This document shows, piece after piece, positions 24,416 to 34,254 of a DNA stretch of 64,000 nt (the stretch's first letter is position 1; each line of letters starts with the position of its first letter). The stretch is from the IMG/VR virus record IMGVR_UViG_3300045988_159706, one strand, 5' to 3'. Under the pieces are notes generated by a model. It saw only the letters and a program-made list of their open reading frames with translations, did not search any database and was not told the DNA's origin. Source of the stretch: a virus. A program made the position numbers and the translations under genes.

Positions 24416-26029
24416 ATGACTCTATTTATCATTCTCGGTGCAGCACTACTGTTAGTGTTGCTCTCAGTAGTGGGAATTCTCTCACGGTACAGAAAATGTC
24501 CTTCTGACAAGATTCTTGTAATCTTTGGTAAGACAGGGGGCGAAAAATCTGCTAAGTGCATTCATGGAGGAGCAGCTTTCGTGGTACCTATCGTACAGGG
24601 TTACAGTTTCATGTCACTTAAACCTTTGCAGTTTGAGTGTAATCTTCAGAAAGCTCTGTCTTCACAGAATATCCGAGTAGATGTTCCAACTACTGTGACT
24701 GTAGGTATTTCTACAGAACCTGAAGTAATGCAAATGGCTGCAGAGCGATTGCTTGGATTGACTACTGACCAGATTGAAGATCTCGTTAAGGATATTGTAT
24801 ATGGTCAGATGCGTCTAATTGTGTCTAATATGACCATTGAAGAGCTGAACTCTGAACGAGACAAGTTCCTGGAAGAAGTGAAGAATGTTGTTGGTGGAGA
24901 GCTTCGTAAGATTGGCCTGCATCTTATCAACGTCAATATCACTGATATCAGGGATGAGGCAGGTTATATCATCGCATTAGGTCAGAAGGACAAAGCAATT
25001 GCTCTTAATAAGGCAAATGTTGAAATCGCTAAGGCTGAAAAGGACGGTGCAACTCAAACTGCAGAGCAGAACAAAATTAAGAACTCTGAAGTTGCTGTAA
25101 CCCAACGTGAGGAAGCAGTTGCGGTCGCAGTGGCAAATGCCGAGCGAGATTCCAAGGTTGCAGAAACTCAGCGTACTCGTGATATCAATGTGGCAACTGC
25201 TAAAGCAGAAGGTGAGATTGGTAAAATCGAAGCTGAGAAGACTGTAACAAACAAGAATGCTGAGTTGGAAGTTGTGCGAGCAGATGCTGAAAAGGCTGCA
25301 AACACAGCTCGTGTAAAAGCAGAAGCTGAAGTCGCTAAGGAGAAAGAGCTTGCTCAAGTAGAAGTTGTTAAGGCTGAAGCAAAAGTGCTGCAAGAGCAAG
25401 AACTCGCTCAGAAGACTGCAGAAGAAGCTCGTGCTCAGCGTCAAGAAGCAGCCTTACATGCTGATAAGATTGTACCTGCAGAAATTTCTAAGAAAGAGAG
25501 TCTGCTGCGTGCTGAAGCTTATCAGCTGGAACAGGAGAAAATCGCAGAAACTAATGCTAATAAGACTAAAATCGAAGCTGATGGTAAAGCGCAAGCTGAA
25601 GCTCTCAAGGGTGAAGGTGAGGCTAAAGCCATTACTGCTAAAGGTCTTGCTGAAGCAGAGGTTGTTCGTCAGAAAGGTTTGGCTCAGGCAGAAGCAGAGA
25701 AAGCTTCTCTTAAGGCTCAGGCAGATGGTTTCCGTGAGATGATCGAAGCTGCCAAAACTGATCCTGCGATTGCAATTCAGTTCAAGATGGTTCAAGAAGG
25801 AACCTACGAAAACATTGCTAAGCAACAGGTTGAGGCTTACAAGCACATGAACTTCGGTAATGTGACCATCATGGACACTACGAAGGGTGGAGGCCTCACA
25901 AATGTGATGCAAAGCCTTCTGTCTCAAGTATCCCCCATGCTGAATGTTATGAAAGAAATGAAAATTCCTGGAGTATCAAAGGCATTGGAAGAGAAAACTG
26001 AGGATGCTAAATTTCCTGAAGTTAAGTAA
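24416..26029 (+). CDS. flotillin-like SPFH/band-7 protein
   Basis: N-terminal TM, SPFH-like domain, then a long Ala/Glu/Lys-rich coiled coil. Confidence 0.8.
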   Translation: MTLFIILGAALLLVLLSVVGILSRYRKCPSDKILVIFGKTGGEKSAKCIHGGAAFVVPIVQGYSFMSLKPLQFECNLQKALSSQNIRVDVPTTVTVGISTEPEVMQMAAERLLGLTTDQIEDLVKDIVYGQMRLIVSNMTIEELNSERDKFLEEVKNVVGGELRKIGLHLINVNITDIRDEAGYIIALGQKDKAIALNKANVEIAKAEKDGATQTAEQNKIKNSEVAVTQREEAVAVAVANAERDSKVAETQRTRDINVATAKAEGEIGKIEAEKTVTNKNAELEVVRADAEKAANTARVKAEAEVAKEKELAQVEVVKAEAKVLQEQELAQKTAEEARAQRQEAALHADKIVPAEISKKESLLRAEAYQLEQEKIAETNANKTKIEADGKAQAEALKGEGEAKAITAKGLAEAEVVRQKGLAQAEAEKASLKAQADGFREMIEAAKTDPAIAIQFKMVQEGTYENIAKQQVEAYKHMNFGNVTIMDTTKGGGLTNVMQSLLSQVSPMLNVMKEMKIPGVSKALEEKTEDAKFPEVK

Positions 26030-26042
26030 TTAACTTCTTTAT

Positions 26043-26071
26043 GAGCTGTATAGTTAATATGCAGCTCTTTT
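26043..26071 (+). terminator. rho-independent terminator
   Basis: GAGCTG/CAGCTC stem followed by TTTT. Confidence 0.55.
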
Positions 26072-26073
26072 AT

Positions 26074-26159
26074 CCCGACGCGGCTACGATGGTGGAGTGG
26101 CGCAGCACTGTAAATGCTGTACATCAGAAACTCATGAGGTTCGAATCCTCACGGCGGGA
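26074..26159 (+). tRNA. tRNA-Tyr: tRNA-Tyr (anticodon GUA), class II
   Basis: Anticodon arm CAGCA-CTGTAAA-TGCTG; long variable region; T arm TGAGG-TTCGAAT-CCTCA. Confidence 0.8.
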
Positions 26160-26174
26160 CTAATTTATATTGAC

Positions 26175-26645
26175 ATGAAAATTGTAGATAATTTTATATT
26201 CTTCTGGGGAGGTTGGTTAAGTAACTTTCATCCTTGTAGAATAGTATTTGGCTCTAAAGTTTTTAAATCATCTGAACAGCTTTTTATGTATCTTAAAGCT
26301 TTGCATTTTGGTGATATAGAAACAGCAGAGAGGATTCTATTAGCAGAGACTCCAAAGGAAGCTAAAACCCTTGGTAGGGAGGTTAGAAACTTTGATGAAA
26401 AATCCTGGAATGAGGTTAAGATTCAGAAAATGTATCTTGCCTTGGAAGGTAAATTTAGCCAAAATAAAGATTTAATGGATAAACTTAAAGACCCAGCATT
26501 AAATGGGAAATTCTTTGTTGAAGCATCTCCCTTTGATAGAGTCTGGGGTATAGGCTATGATCAAGATCATGCACTTCAAAACCAATCAAATTGGGGAGAA
26601 AATCTACTTGGTAAGACTCTTACCTTTTACAGAGGATCTTTATAA
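26175..26645 (+). CDS. NADAR (YbiA-like) domain protein
   Basis: ATG 26175 after the tRNA; FFWGGWLSNF, SSEQLFMYLKA, DRVWGIGY. Confidence 0.8.
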   Translation: MKIVDNFIFFWGGWLSNFHPCRIVFGSKVFKSSEQLFMYLKALHFGDIETAERILLAETPKEAKTLGREVRNFDEKSWNEVKIQKMYLALEGKFSQNKDLMDKLKDPALNGKFFVEASPFDRVWGIGYDQDHALQNQSNWGENLLGKTLTFYRGSL

Positions 26646-26702
26646 ACAATTTGCGGATATTGACATCGCTCAATATCCGCTTTATTTTTAAAACTTAATA
26701 AG

Positions 26703-28394
26703 ATGTTTAAAGCAAAAAAGAAAACATTATTTGCTGTTGATAGCAGTAAATCGGCATCTAAATCAGCCTTTATTCAGGCAGGATTAAAAACTGCAGCAGA
26801 AACCACTACAGGTAACGGTGGTAAAGCCTATTCCAGTACAGGGGATCCCTTCGTTGACCAGTTTGGTAGTACATCTAAGTACAGAGAGATTCGCCCATTT
26901 GCAGAAATTGCAAAAGATTGTGAAATTCTCTGGGCAGAAAATAAAGAAGATACTGTTAAATTTATCTTTTTCTTGCGAATGATTTGTCGTAAGATTAATG
27001 ATAAAGAGTATGGTACCAAAGAAGCACAGAAGGGTTCTGAACTTCGTCATGAAGGTATTATGCGTCTCATCTGGCTGCATATCAAAGATAAAGAAGTGTT
27101 CTGGAAGAATGCTTGGTTGATTCCCTTAGTGGGTTCTTGGAAAGATCTCTTCGTTATGCTTCGTTATGACTTAGTTTATAACGGCTGGGAACACCGAGTT
27201 CTGGATTGGCGCCGTTTTGCAGATCTGATTACTGCTGGCCTTAGTTCTGATTCCCAAACGAATCTTCTTCGTAAGTATCTTCCTCAGATCAAGGCACGTT
27301 CCAAGTGTACTACAGTAGAGGCACAAGCAAATTGTATGATTGCAAAATGGCTGTGTTCAGAACTTTACGGTGCGTCAGGAGTAAAGACAGATGCTGAAAA
27401 GTATCAGGTATATCGTTCTTATGCAAAGATGAAAGCCGCAGGGACAGCACATAGCTGGCAACAGCTTATTTCAAAGCAACGATATACAGAGATTGACTTT
27501 GATAAGATTCATGGTCGTGCCTTAAACCTTCTTGTACACTCCAAGTTCTTAGAGAATCATAATCTCAAAGAGAAGTATCAGGAATGGATAGGAGCTCCAG
27601 AGACAAAGAAGGTGAAGTACACAGGTTTTGTACATGAGCTCTTTAAACCTATTTGTAACACTGCTCCTTATAATATAGAGCAGCATATCAAAGATACTAT
27701 TAATAAGCAGTTTATGACTCTTGTTAATAAGTGTAAGGAAGAGGGCAATACTACAGATCTAATTGTAGTACGTGATACTTCTGGTTCAATGGGTGCAGAA
27801 GCAACTGGAACTTCCATGTCTTGTTACAATGTAGGTAAGGCAATTGCTCTGTATTTCTCTTACTTCTTGAGAGGAAGGTTTCAAAATGCATGGATTGAGT
27901 TCAACTCGAAAGCTATGATGCATGAGTGGAAAGGAGAAACTCCTCTGGAAAAATGGTTTAATGACCATTCAGGGTACTATGGAAGTACAAACTTTGAGGG
28001 TGTTATTAACCTCTTTACTCAGTTGAAACTTGAAGGTGTTCCAGAAGAGGAATTTCCTAAAGGAATTCTTTGTATCAGTGATTGTGAGTTTGATGCTTCA
28101 AGTCTGAATAAGACTTCAGTTGAAAGAGTTCATGATACATTGACAGCTGCAGGATTTTCTAAAGAGTATGTTGATAATTTTGTCATTTGCCTTTGGAATT
28201 TGAGAAATGATTACTACGGACATAATGTACAAAATCGTGTTCCATTCCAAACTTATGGTGACGTCAAGAATGTCTACTATATGTCTGGATATTCAGCACA
28301 GATTGTATCTTTCTTAAATGGGAAGGTGCAGACTACACGGGATCTGTTTGATGAGGCTATGAATCAAGAGATTCTGTCTCTCATTAAGATGTAA
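26703..28394 (+). CDS. large alpha-helical protein with a C-terminal vWA domain (DUF2828-like)
   Basis: N-terminal TTGNGGKAYSSTGDPFVDQFG; MIDAS-like VVRDTSGSMG; 563 aa. Confidence 0.6.
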   Translation: MFKAKKKTLFAVDSSKSASKSAFIQAGLKTAAETTTGNGGKAYSSTGDPFVDQFGSTSKYREIRPFAEIAKDCEILWAENKEDTVKFIFFLRMICRKINDKEYGTKEAQKGSELRHEGIMRLIWLHIKDKEVFWKNAWLIPLVGSWKDLFVMLRYDLVYNGWEHRVLDWRRFADLITAGLSSDSQTNLLRKYLPQIKARSKCTTVEAQANCMIAKWLCSELYGASGVKTDAEKYQVYRSYAKMKAAGTAHSWQQLISKQRYTEIDFDKIHGRALNLLVHSKFLENHNLKEKYQEWIGAPETKKVKYTGFVHELFKPICNTAPYNIEQHIKDTINKQFMTLVNKCKEEGNTTDLIVVRDTSGSMGAEATGTSMSCYNVGKAIALYFSYFLRGRFQNAWIEFNSKAMMHEWKGETPLEKWFNDHSGYYGSTNFEGVINLFTQLKLEGVPEEEFPKGILCISDCEFDASSLNKTSVERVHDTLTAAGFSKEYVDNFVICLWNLRNDYYGHNVQNRVPFQTYGDVKNVYYMSGYSAQIVSFLNGKVQTTRDLFDEAMNQEILSLIKM

Positions 28395-28401
28395 ACTTAA
28401 T

Positions 28402-28431
28402 AGGCTCTAGTAGAAATACTAGAGCCTTTTT
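28402..28431 (+). terminator. rho-independent terminator
   Basis: 10-bp stem AGGCTCTAGT/ACTAGAGCCT followed by TTTTT. Confidence 0.75.
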
Positions 28432-28446
28432 ATTAATAATCTAATT

Positions 28447-28596
28447 ATGGGTAAGTACCTTAAAGATTATCAAATTCCTGATTATTGCGAGGAGGATAAA
28501 CCTAGAATGCCAAAGCGGCCTAAGAAGTTTAAAGACCAAGAGGGAGGAAAACCTTTAGTAAAGAAAAAGTTCAAGCGATGAAGAGATGATTCTTAA
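28447..28596 (+). CDS. small basic hypothetical protein
   Basis: ATG 28447; TGA at 28579, then TAA at 28594-28596. Confidence 0.3.
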
Positions 28597-28880
28597 GAGT
28601 ATTTAGAAGGTTTAATGAACCATCAACTGATAGTTCAAAAGAATTTCCTAAAAAAGTAATTGACTTAGAACAATTTGACGATGTATTCATAGTTACTAAT
28701 AAAAAAGTATATAAGGCCTGGGTTATGAAAAGAACCAGTAGACTTTTACAGATTTTTATTTGGGAGTCTAAAAAGGAGGTAATTATAAATACAATTGGAC
28801 AAGCTAATTCTAGTGTTATTCCTTTTGGCAAGGATAGCTATTTAATTATAAATAAAAAAGATATATGCGATTACTTGTAG
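28578..28880 (+). CDS. hypothetical protein (100 aa, one in-frame TGA)
   Basis: Open from ATG 28578 to TAG 28878-28880 only if TGA is sense; minus ORF 28571-28831 is its shadow. Confidence 0.4.
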
Positions 28881-29446
28881 TAGTTGATATGCAAGAAGAC
28901 TTCATCAGAGGTGCATTAACGGTTCCTGGTGCTGAAGAAATAATTTCTCCTATAGAGAAATTAGTTAAAGAGTATATAACAGCAGATGATGCTGTCCTTT
29001 TTACTCGGGATACTCATTATGAGCATAGTGATACTAGGGGATTTAGCTATGCTATGACTCGTGAAGGTAGAAATCTTCCAATTCTTCATTGCGTTTGTGG
29101 AACTGAAGGTCATAAGCTTATTAAGGAATTTAAGCCTTATCTTCGTTCCTGCTATGTAATGGATAAACTAAATAGGTTTGGATTTATCCAGGATGAGTTT
29201 AATGATGCCAAGATAGATGATGGAGAATATTTATTCGACATCGCTGATTGCATTACAGAAATTACTTTGGTTGGTGTAGTAACTAATCTTTGTGTTATTT
29301 CATGTGCTGTAAGTTTTCAGCAAATATTCCCTGATGCAGATATCATCATAGATGCTTCCTGCTGTCGTTCCAATAACAATGAACTTCATAACAAAGCTTT
29401 AGATGTTATGGAGGGTTTACAAATGACTATAATTAATCGTTATTAA
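28865..29446 (+). CDS. isochorismatase-family hydrolase, probable nicotinamidase
   Basis: MRLLVVVDMQEDF N-terminus; conserved Cys region VTNLCV; NAD-salvage neighbours. Confidence 0.75.
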   Translation: MRLLVVVDMQEDFIRGALTVPGAEEIISPIEKLVKEYITADDAVLFTRDTHYEHSDTRGFSYAMTREGRNLPILHCVCGTEGHKLIKEFKPYLRSCYVMDKLNRFGFIQDEFNDAKIDDGEYLFDIADCITEITLVGVVTNLCVISCAVSFQQIFPDADIIIDASCCRSNNNELHNKALDVMEGLQMTIINRY

Positions 29447-29532
29447 TTTTTTGATTTTTATAAACTTAATGTTTAGAACAGTTTGTGAAATTAAATTTTA
29501 TTGATATCTTTGTAGTATAAAACTAATAAAGT

Positions 29533-30021
29533 ATGGATAAAATTTGTTCAAAATGTGGGGAAACTAAAGACATTTCACTCTTTGCTAAGGATCGACACTC
29601 TTCTGATGGATATACTTATTGATGTAAAGATTGTAGAAATACAGCAAATAAGAAATATCGGAAAGAAAATCCTGATAAAGTTCAGGAACATAATGAAAAG
29701 TGAAGAGATAAAAGAAAAGAATATTATAGTCTTCCTAAAAATCAAGAAAAGCTTAGAAGACATCATCTCAAGAAAATGTATAATATTACTTTGGAAGACT
29801 ATGATGCTTTGTTTCAACTTCAAGGTGGTGTTTGTGCTATATGTGGAAAACCTGAAACAAGCTCAAAGGCTAGTAACTTAGCAGTAGATCATAATCACAC
29901 AAATGGTAGTATTAGAGGCCTATTATGTAATAAATGTAATAGAGGCTTAGGATATTTTGAAGATGATGCAACTATTTTGTCTAAAGCTATAGAATATTTA
30001 AAAAATAAAGATAATGTTTAG
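29533..30021 (+). CDS. recombination endonuclease VII-like protein (two in-frame TGA)
   Basis: ATG 29533 in frame with track ORF 29776-30021; CAICG...AVDHNHTNGSIRGLLCNKCNRGLG. Confidence 0.75.
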
Positions 30022-31498
30022 ACCGTGTTCAGTCCTCCTTTCAGATTTTTATAAGCAGGATCACCAGCGTCAATATGACCCTAGCATCACTAAGGTAGTT
30101 TCTTACTATGTACCTCGTAAAACTAGGATTCCTGAATTTGATAAGGTAGTAGTTTTTGGTATTCAAGCATTTATTGAGGAGTATCTGATTGAGTACATGA
30201 ATGAAACTTTCTTTAACCGTCCCTTAGAAGAAGTTATTGCAGAATATGAATTTGTGATTTCTTCTACTATGGGAGCAGACCGTGTTAACTCGGATAAAAT
30301 TAAAAACCTTCATGAATTAGGATATCTTCCTATCGAAATTTGGGCACTTCCTGAGGGATATAAAGTAGGAATGAATATCCCCTGTATCGAGATTTCTAAT
30401 ACTAATCCAGAATTTGCATGGTGTACTAATTTCATTGAAACCTTGATGCTCTCTGAGCTTTGGTATCCAATGTGTGTTGCAACTGCTGTAACTAAATATC
30501 GTAGTATCGTAAATGATTTTTATTCTAAAACTTCTGATATTTCTGGTCGTTCTGCTATTTCTGAGTTCGGATTTAGAAGTTTAGTTGGACTTCATGGTGC
30601 TATTAAAGCTTCGTGTGGATTTTTGCTCTCTTTTAATAAGACTGCGACTATTCCTGGCATTATGTATGCTTCAAAGTATTATCATACCCCAATGTCTGTA
30701 GTAGGTGGAGGTATGGCTTCTACTGAGCACTCCGTAATGTGTAGTTCTGCTGCCATTGATGGGGATGAAAAAGTTATGATTCGACGCCTCCTTACTGAGG
30801 TCTATCCTAATGGATCATTCTCTATGGTAAGTGATTCCTATGATTACTGGAATGTTGTCGATGAGATTCTCCCATCTCTTAAGGAAGAAATTCTCAGTAG
30901 AAATGGTACTTTGTATGTTCGTGGTGACTCTGGAGATCCTGTAGAAATTGTAACTGAGACGGTTTTTTCTCTTTGGGAGACTTTTGGAGGCACTGTCAAC
31001 TCTAAGGGATATAAAGTCTTAGACCCTCATGTTCGAGCTTTATATGGTGATGGCATCACTCAGTTACGTGCAAAACAGATTTATCAGATTTTGTATGATA
31101 AAGGATTCTCTGCAGAGAATGTTGCACTTGGTGCAGGAGGATTTTCCATGCTTTCTTACATGGATGAGTTTGGGAATGTAGATATGTTCTCTCGCGATAC
31201 ATTTAATGTAGCAATTAAATGCAGCTATGTAGAACAAACCATTGATGGAAAAACTAAATCTATCATGGTCTACAAAGATCCTAAAACGGATTCAGGAATG
31301 AAGAAATCCCACAAAGGATGTTGTGCTGTTTTCTACAACCATGTAACTGGTGAGTTTGATTGTGATGAAGGTATGACACTGAAAGAAGCTCATAATGAGC
31401 CTTTCAATTTACTTCGTCCTATCTTTTCAGATGGAAAAATGAGAGAGCAAACTACTCTCACAGAAATTCGTAGAACTCTTTGGAACGGGAAATTCTAA
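30014..31498 (+). CDS. nadV: nicotinamide phosphoribosyltransferase (NAMPT/NadV) family protein
   Basis: 494 aa; N-terminal SDFYKQDHQRQY; family size and layout. Confidence 0.8.
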   Translation: MFRPCSVLLSDFYKQDHQRQYDPSITKVVSYYVPRKTRIPEFDKVVVFGIQAFIEEYLIEYMNETFFNRPLEEVIAEYEFVISSTMGADRVNSDKIKNLHELGYLPIEIWALPEGYKVGMNIPCIEISNTNPEFAWCTNFIETLMLSELWYPMCVATAVTKYRSIVNDFYSKTSDISGRSAISEFGFRSLVGLHGAIKASCGFLLSFNKTATIPGIMYASKYYHTPMSVVGGGMASTEHSVMCSSAAIDGDEKVMIRRLLTEVYPNGSFSMVSDSYDYWNVVDEILPSLKEEILSRNGTLYVRGDSGDPVEIVTETVFSLWETFGGTVNSKGYKVLDPHVRALYGDGITQLRAKQIYQILYDKGFSAENVALGAGGFSMLSYMDEFGNVDMFSRDTFNVAIKCSYVEQTIDGKTKSIMVYKDPKTDSGMKKSHKGCCAVFYNHVTGEFDCDEGMTLKEAHNEPFNLLRPIFSDGKMREQTTLTEIRRTLWNGKF

Positions 31499-32268
31499 TG
31501 AAAGAAGTATATGAAGGAATAGTTTCCTTTCTTAAGAATTATCAAGAACGTACCCATGTGAAAGGGTATGTTCTTGGTATTTCTGGAGGAAAGGATTCTA
31601 CTGTAGTGGCCAAATTATTGGTAGATTCTATAGGTAAGGAAAATGTATTAGGTGTGCTAATGCCTAATGGTAAGCAAGCTGATATTGAGGATAGTTATAC
31701 AGTATGTGACTTTCTTGATATTAACTATACTGTTGTTAATATAGAAAATGCGTTTGATGAACTTATTCATCAAATTGATGTTTCGAAAATAACTACAGTG
31801 GAAGGGAATGAAGAAAACATTCCAGTAACGGAAAAGGCTCTTACTAATGTTCCTCCTCGTATTCGTATGACTATTCTATATACTATAGCTCAGTCTGTAG
31901 GATATCGAGTAGCGGGGACTAGTAATGCTTCAGAATTATTTATTGGTTGGGGAACTAAATGGGGAGATTTGGCATCTGATATTAATCCTATTTCTCAATT
32001 AACATGTTCTGAAGTTATTTCTTTAGGAGACTATATGGGACTCCCATATGATCTTATACATAAGACTCCTGCAGATGGATTAACAGGAAAGTCTGATGAA
32101 GAAAATTTTGGTTTTACATATAAAGAACTTGACACTCTTATTGTAAAGCAGCGAAATCTTACTTGCACAGGTAGAATACAATGTGCTTTTACTGAACAAG
32201 AATTAAAAATCTTAAAATTACATGAAGCTGCGTATCACAAAGATTATGTAATTAAAATACATTATTAA
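31498..32268 (+). CDS. nadE: NAD+ synthetase
   Basis: ATG 31498 (TAATG overlap with the preceding gene); PP-loop GISGGKDSTVVA. Confidence 0.85.
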   Translation: MKEVYEGIVSFLKNYQERTHVKGYVLGISGGKDSTVVAKLLVDSIGKENVLGVLMPNGKQADIEDSYTVCDFLDINYTVVNIENAFDELIHQIDVSKITTVEGNEENIPVTEKALTNVPPRIRMTILYTIAQSVGYRVAGTSNASELFIGWGTKWGDLASDINPISQLTCSEVISLGDYMGLPYDLIHKTPADGLTGKSDEENFGFTYKELDTLIVKQRNLTCTGRIQCAFTEQELKILKLHEAAYHKDYVIKIHY

Positions 32269-32269
32269 T

Positions 32270-33160
32270 ATGGGAAGCGGATCATGGAGTTCTAGCACAT
32301 ATAAAGCTTTTGCTGATAGCTATACTAAAAAATCCAGAGAAGAAATCTTTCATCAAAGATCTCTACACGAAGAAATGGATCTTACAAAAAGTAAGACGCA
32401 TATTCGAGAATCTAGAGATTCTGAGGAACACCCAGAATCTCTTCCAGTTTTCATTGCATTAGATGAAACTGGTTCAATGGGTTCAATTCCTGATAAGATG
32501 ATCAGGGATTATCTTCCGAAGTTAATGGATTCTATTATTGATTCTATTGGAGTTAAACACCCTCAAATTCTTTTTATGGGAGTAGGAGATCATGAATGTG
32601 ATTACTGCCCGTGTCAGGTAGGTCAATTCGAATCTTCAACTGTTGCAATTAATCAATGTCTCTCTAAAATCTATTTGGAGGGTCGTGGTGGAGGTAATAG
32701 TGGAGAATCCTACTTACTTCCTTGGATTATTGCAGGAAATCACACGTCAATTGATAGCTGGGAAAAGCGAAAGCAAAAAGGATTCCTTTTTACAGTTGGT
32801 GATGAACCTACTTTGACAAGAATAAGTAGGGGAACTTTGGCATCCCTCACTGGAATGGAGTATGAGCGTGATTATACCTGGCAGGAGGCTTATGAACTTG
32901 CCTGTGAGAAATATCATGTGTTTCATATCCATGTTCGACATGGAAGTGAACATTATGATGAGGTAGTAGCTAAACAAATGAAAGAAATTCTTAGAGAAAA
33001 CTTTATTGTGTGCAAACCTGATGAAGTTGTAGAAGCCATTTGTGAAGCTATGGGTAAAACTCTAAAAGGTAGCTCTTCAGTAATTGAAGAGGTTTCTGCA
33101 GAAAAAACTGTAGAAAATACAGAATCAAAACCTAATATATTTGACATACATCGACGATAA
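32270..33160 (+). CDS. vWA-like domain protein
   Basis: MIDAS-like ALDETGSMGS. Confidence 0.55.
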   Translation: MGSGSWSSSTYKAFADSYTKKSREEIFHQRSLHEEMDLTKSKTHIRESRDSEEHPESLPVFIALDETGSMGSIPDKMIRDYLPKLMDSIIDSIGVKHPQILFMGVGDHECDYCPCQVGQFESSTVAINQCLSKIYLEGRGGGNSGESYLLPWIIAGNHTSIDSWEKRKQKGFLFTVGDEPTLTRISRGTLASLTGMEYERDYTWQEAYELACEKYHVFHIHVRHGSEHYDEVVAKQMKEILRENFIVCKPDEVVEAICEAMGKTLKGSSSVIEEVSAEKTVENTESKPNIFDIHRR

Positions 33161-34254
33161 TGTATAATATTGTAGTGGGTTGTACGTTTGGCGACGAGGG
33201 CAAGGGTCAAGTGACTCATGCCCTTTGTTGCGACGCTAAAAGAAAGCGTTTAAAACCTCTGGTTGTTAGATTTTCTGGAGGGCATCAATCAGGGCACACA
33301 GTAGCTACTTCATTTGGAACAATGCATATATTTTCTTGCTTTGGATCTGGAACATTTGCTGAAGCACCTACCTATTGGATGAAGCAATGTGTTATGGATC
33401 CACTACAATGGATGCGGGAACGAGAGGAGTTGGATTTCTTAGGATGTAATATCCCTATCCAATATTTTGATCCATATGTACAAGTAACAACTCCTTTTGA
33501 CGTAATGCTGAATTCTGAAAGGAGTAAAGGTTTTACAGTAGGAAAAGGGATATGGGAGACTGTTCAGAGACAAAGAGAAGGACTAGCTTTATATGTAAAA
33601 GATTTAGCTTTTCCTCAAGTTGTAAAAATGAAGCTCCGATTAATTAGAGAATGGGCGGAAGATAGACTCCAGTTTAAGGAAACTTATTCAAGATTTGCTC
33701 ATGTTTTCGATAACTTAGATTCTTTAGTACATACTTATTGTAAGATTTTTTATCCCAATATAGTATTGGAGGATACGTTATCTAAATTAGCATGGAAAGA
33801 AAAGACTTCTGTGATATTTGAGGGTTCTCAAGGAGTACTTTTGGACCCTAATATTGGATTTTCACATGAATATACTACCCCACTTCCATGTTGTCCATCG
33901 TGGGACAATCTCCCATTCTTTTTAAGTGATGATCAACTAATATTTAATTTTGTATATAGATCTTATTTAACAAGACATGGTAAAGGGCCTGTTGGAGGTT
34001 CTATATTCAAGGAGATTAATAATCCTTATGAAACAAATTTAAATAATCCTTTTCAAGGAGAATTTCAAACTTATGAATTCAATAAGGAATTAGTCTTGTA
34101 TGGAATTGATCATGTTAAATCACACTTTAATCCTGAATATAAGGTAAGGTTGATTGAAACATGTTGTGACATATGTGCAGGACATGACTTAGGAATCCCT
34201 TATAATTACTCTATCAAAACCTGCAAAAAGAATTTTGACTCTGTATGCAAATAA
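33160..34254 (+). CDS. short adenylosuccinate-synthetase (PurA) homolog
   Basis: GDEGKGQV and GGHQSGHT motifs; 364 aa, shorter than typical bacterial PurA. Confidence 0.65.
   Translation: MYNIVVGCTFGDEGKGQVTHALCCDAKRKRLKPLVVRFSGGHQSGHTVATSFGTMHIFSCFGSGTFAEAPTYWMKQCVMDPLQWMREREELDFLGCNIPIQYFDPYVQVTTPFDVMLNSERSKGFTVGKGIWETVQRQREGLALYVKDLAFPQVVKMKLRLIREWAEDRLQFKETYSRFAHVFDNLDSLVHTYCKIFYPNIVLEDTLSKLAWKEKTSVIFEGSQGVLLDPNIGFSHEYTTPLPCCPSWDNLPFFLSDDQLIFNFVYRSYLTRHGKGPVGGSIFKEINNPYETNLNNPFQGEFQTYEFNKELVLYGIDHVKSHFNPEYKVRLIETCCDICAGHDLGIPYNYSIKTCKKNFDSVCK

Noticed and set aside
25365-25742. Plus-strand alternative-frame ORF inside the flotillin gene
   Set aside because: The Lys/Arg/Leu-rich translation comes from the repetitive GAA/GCT-rich coiled-coil region. 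There is no independent support.
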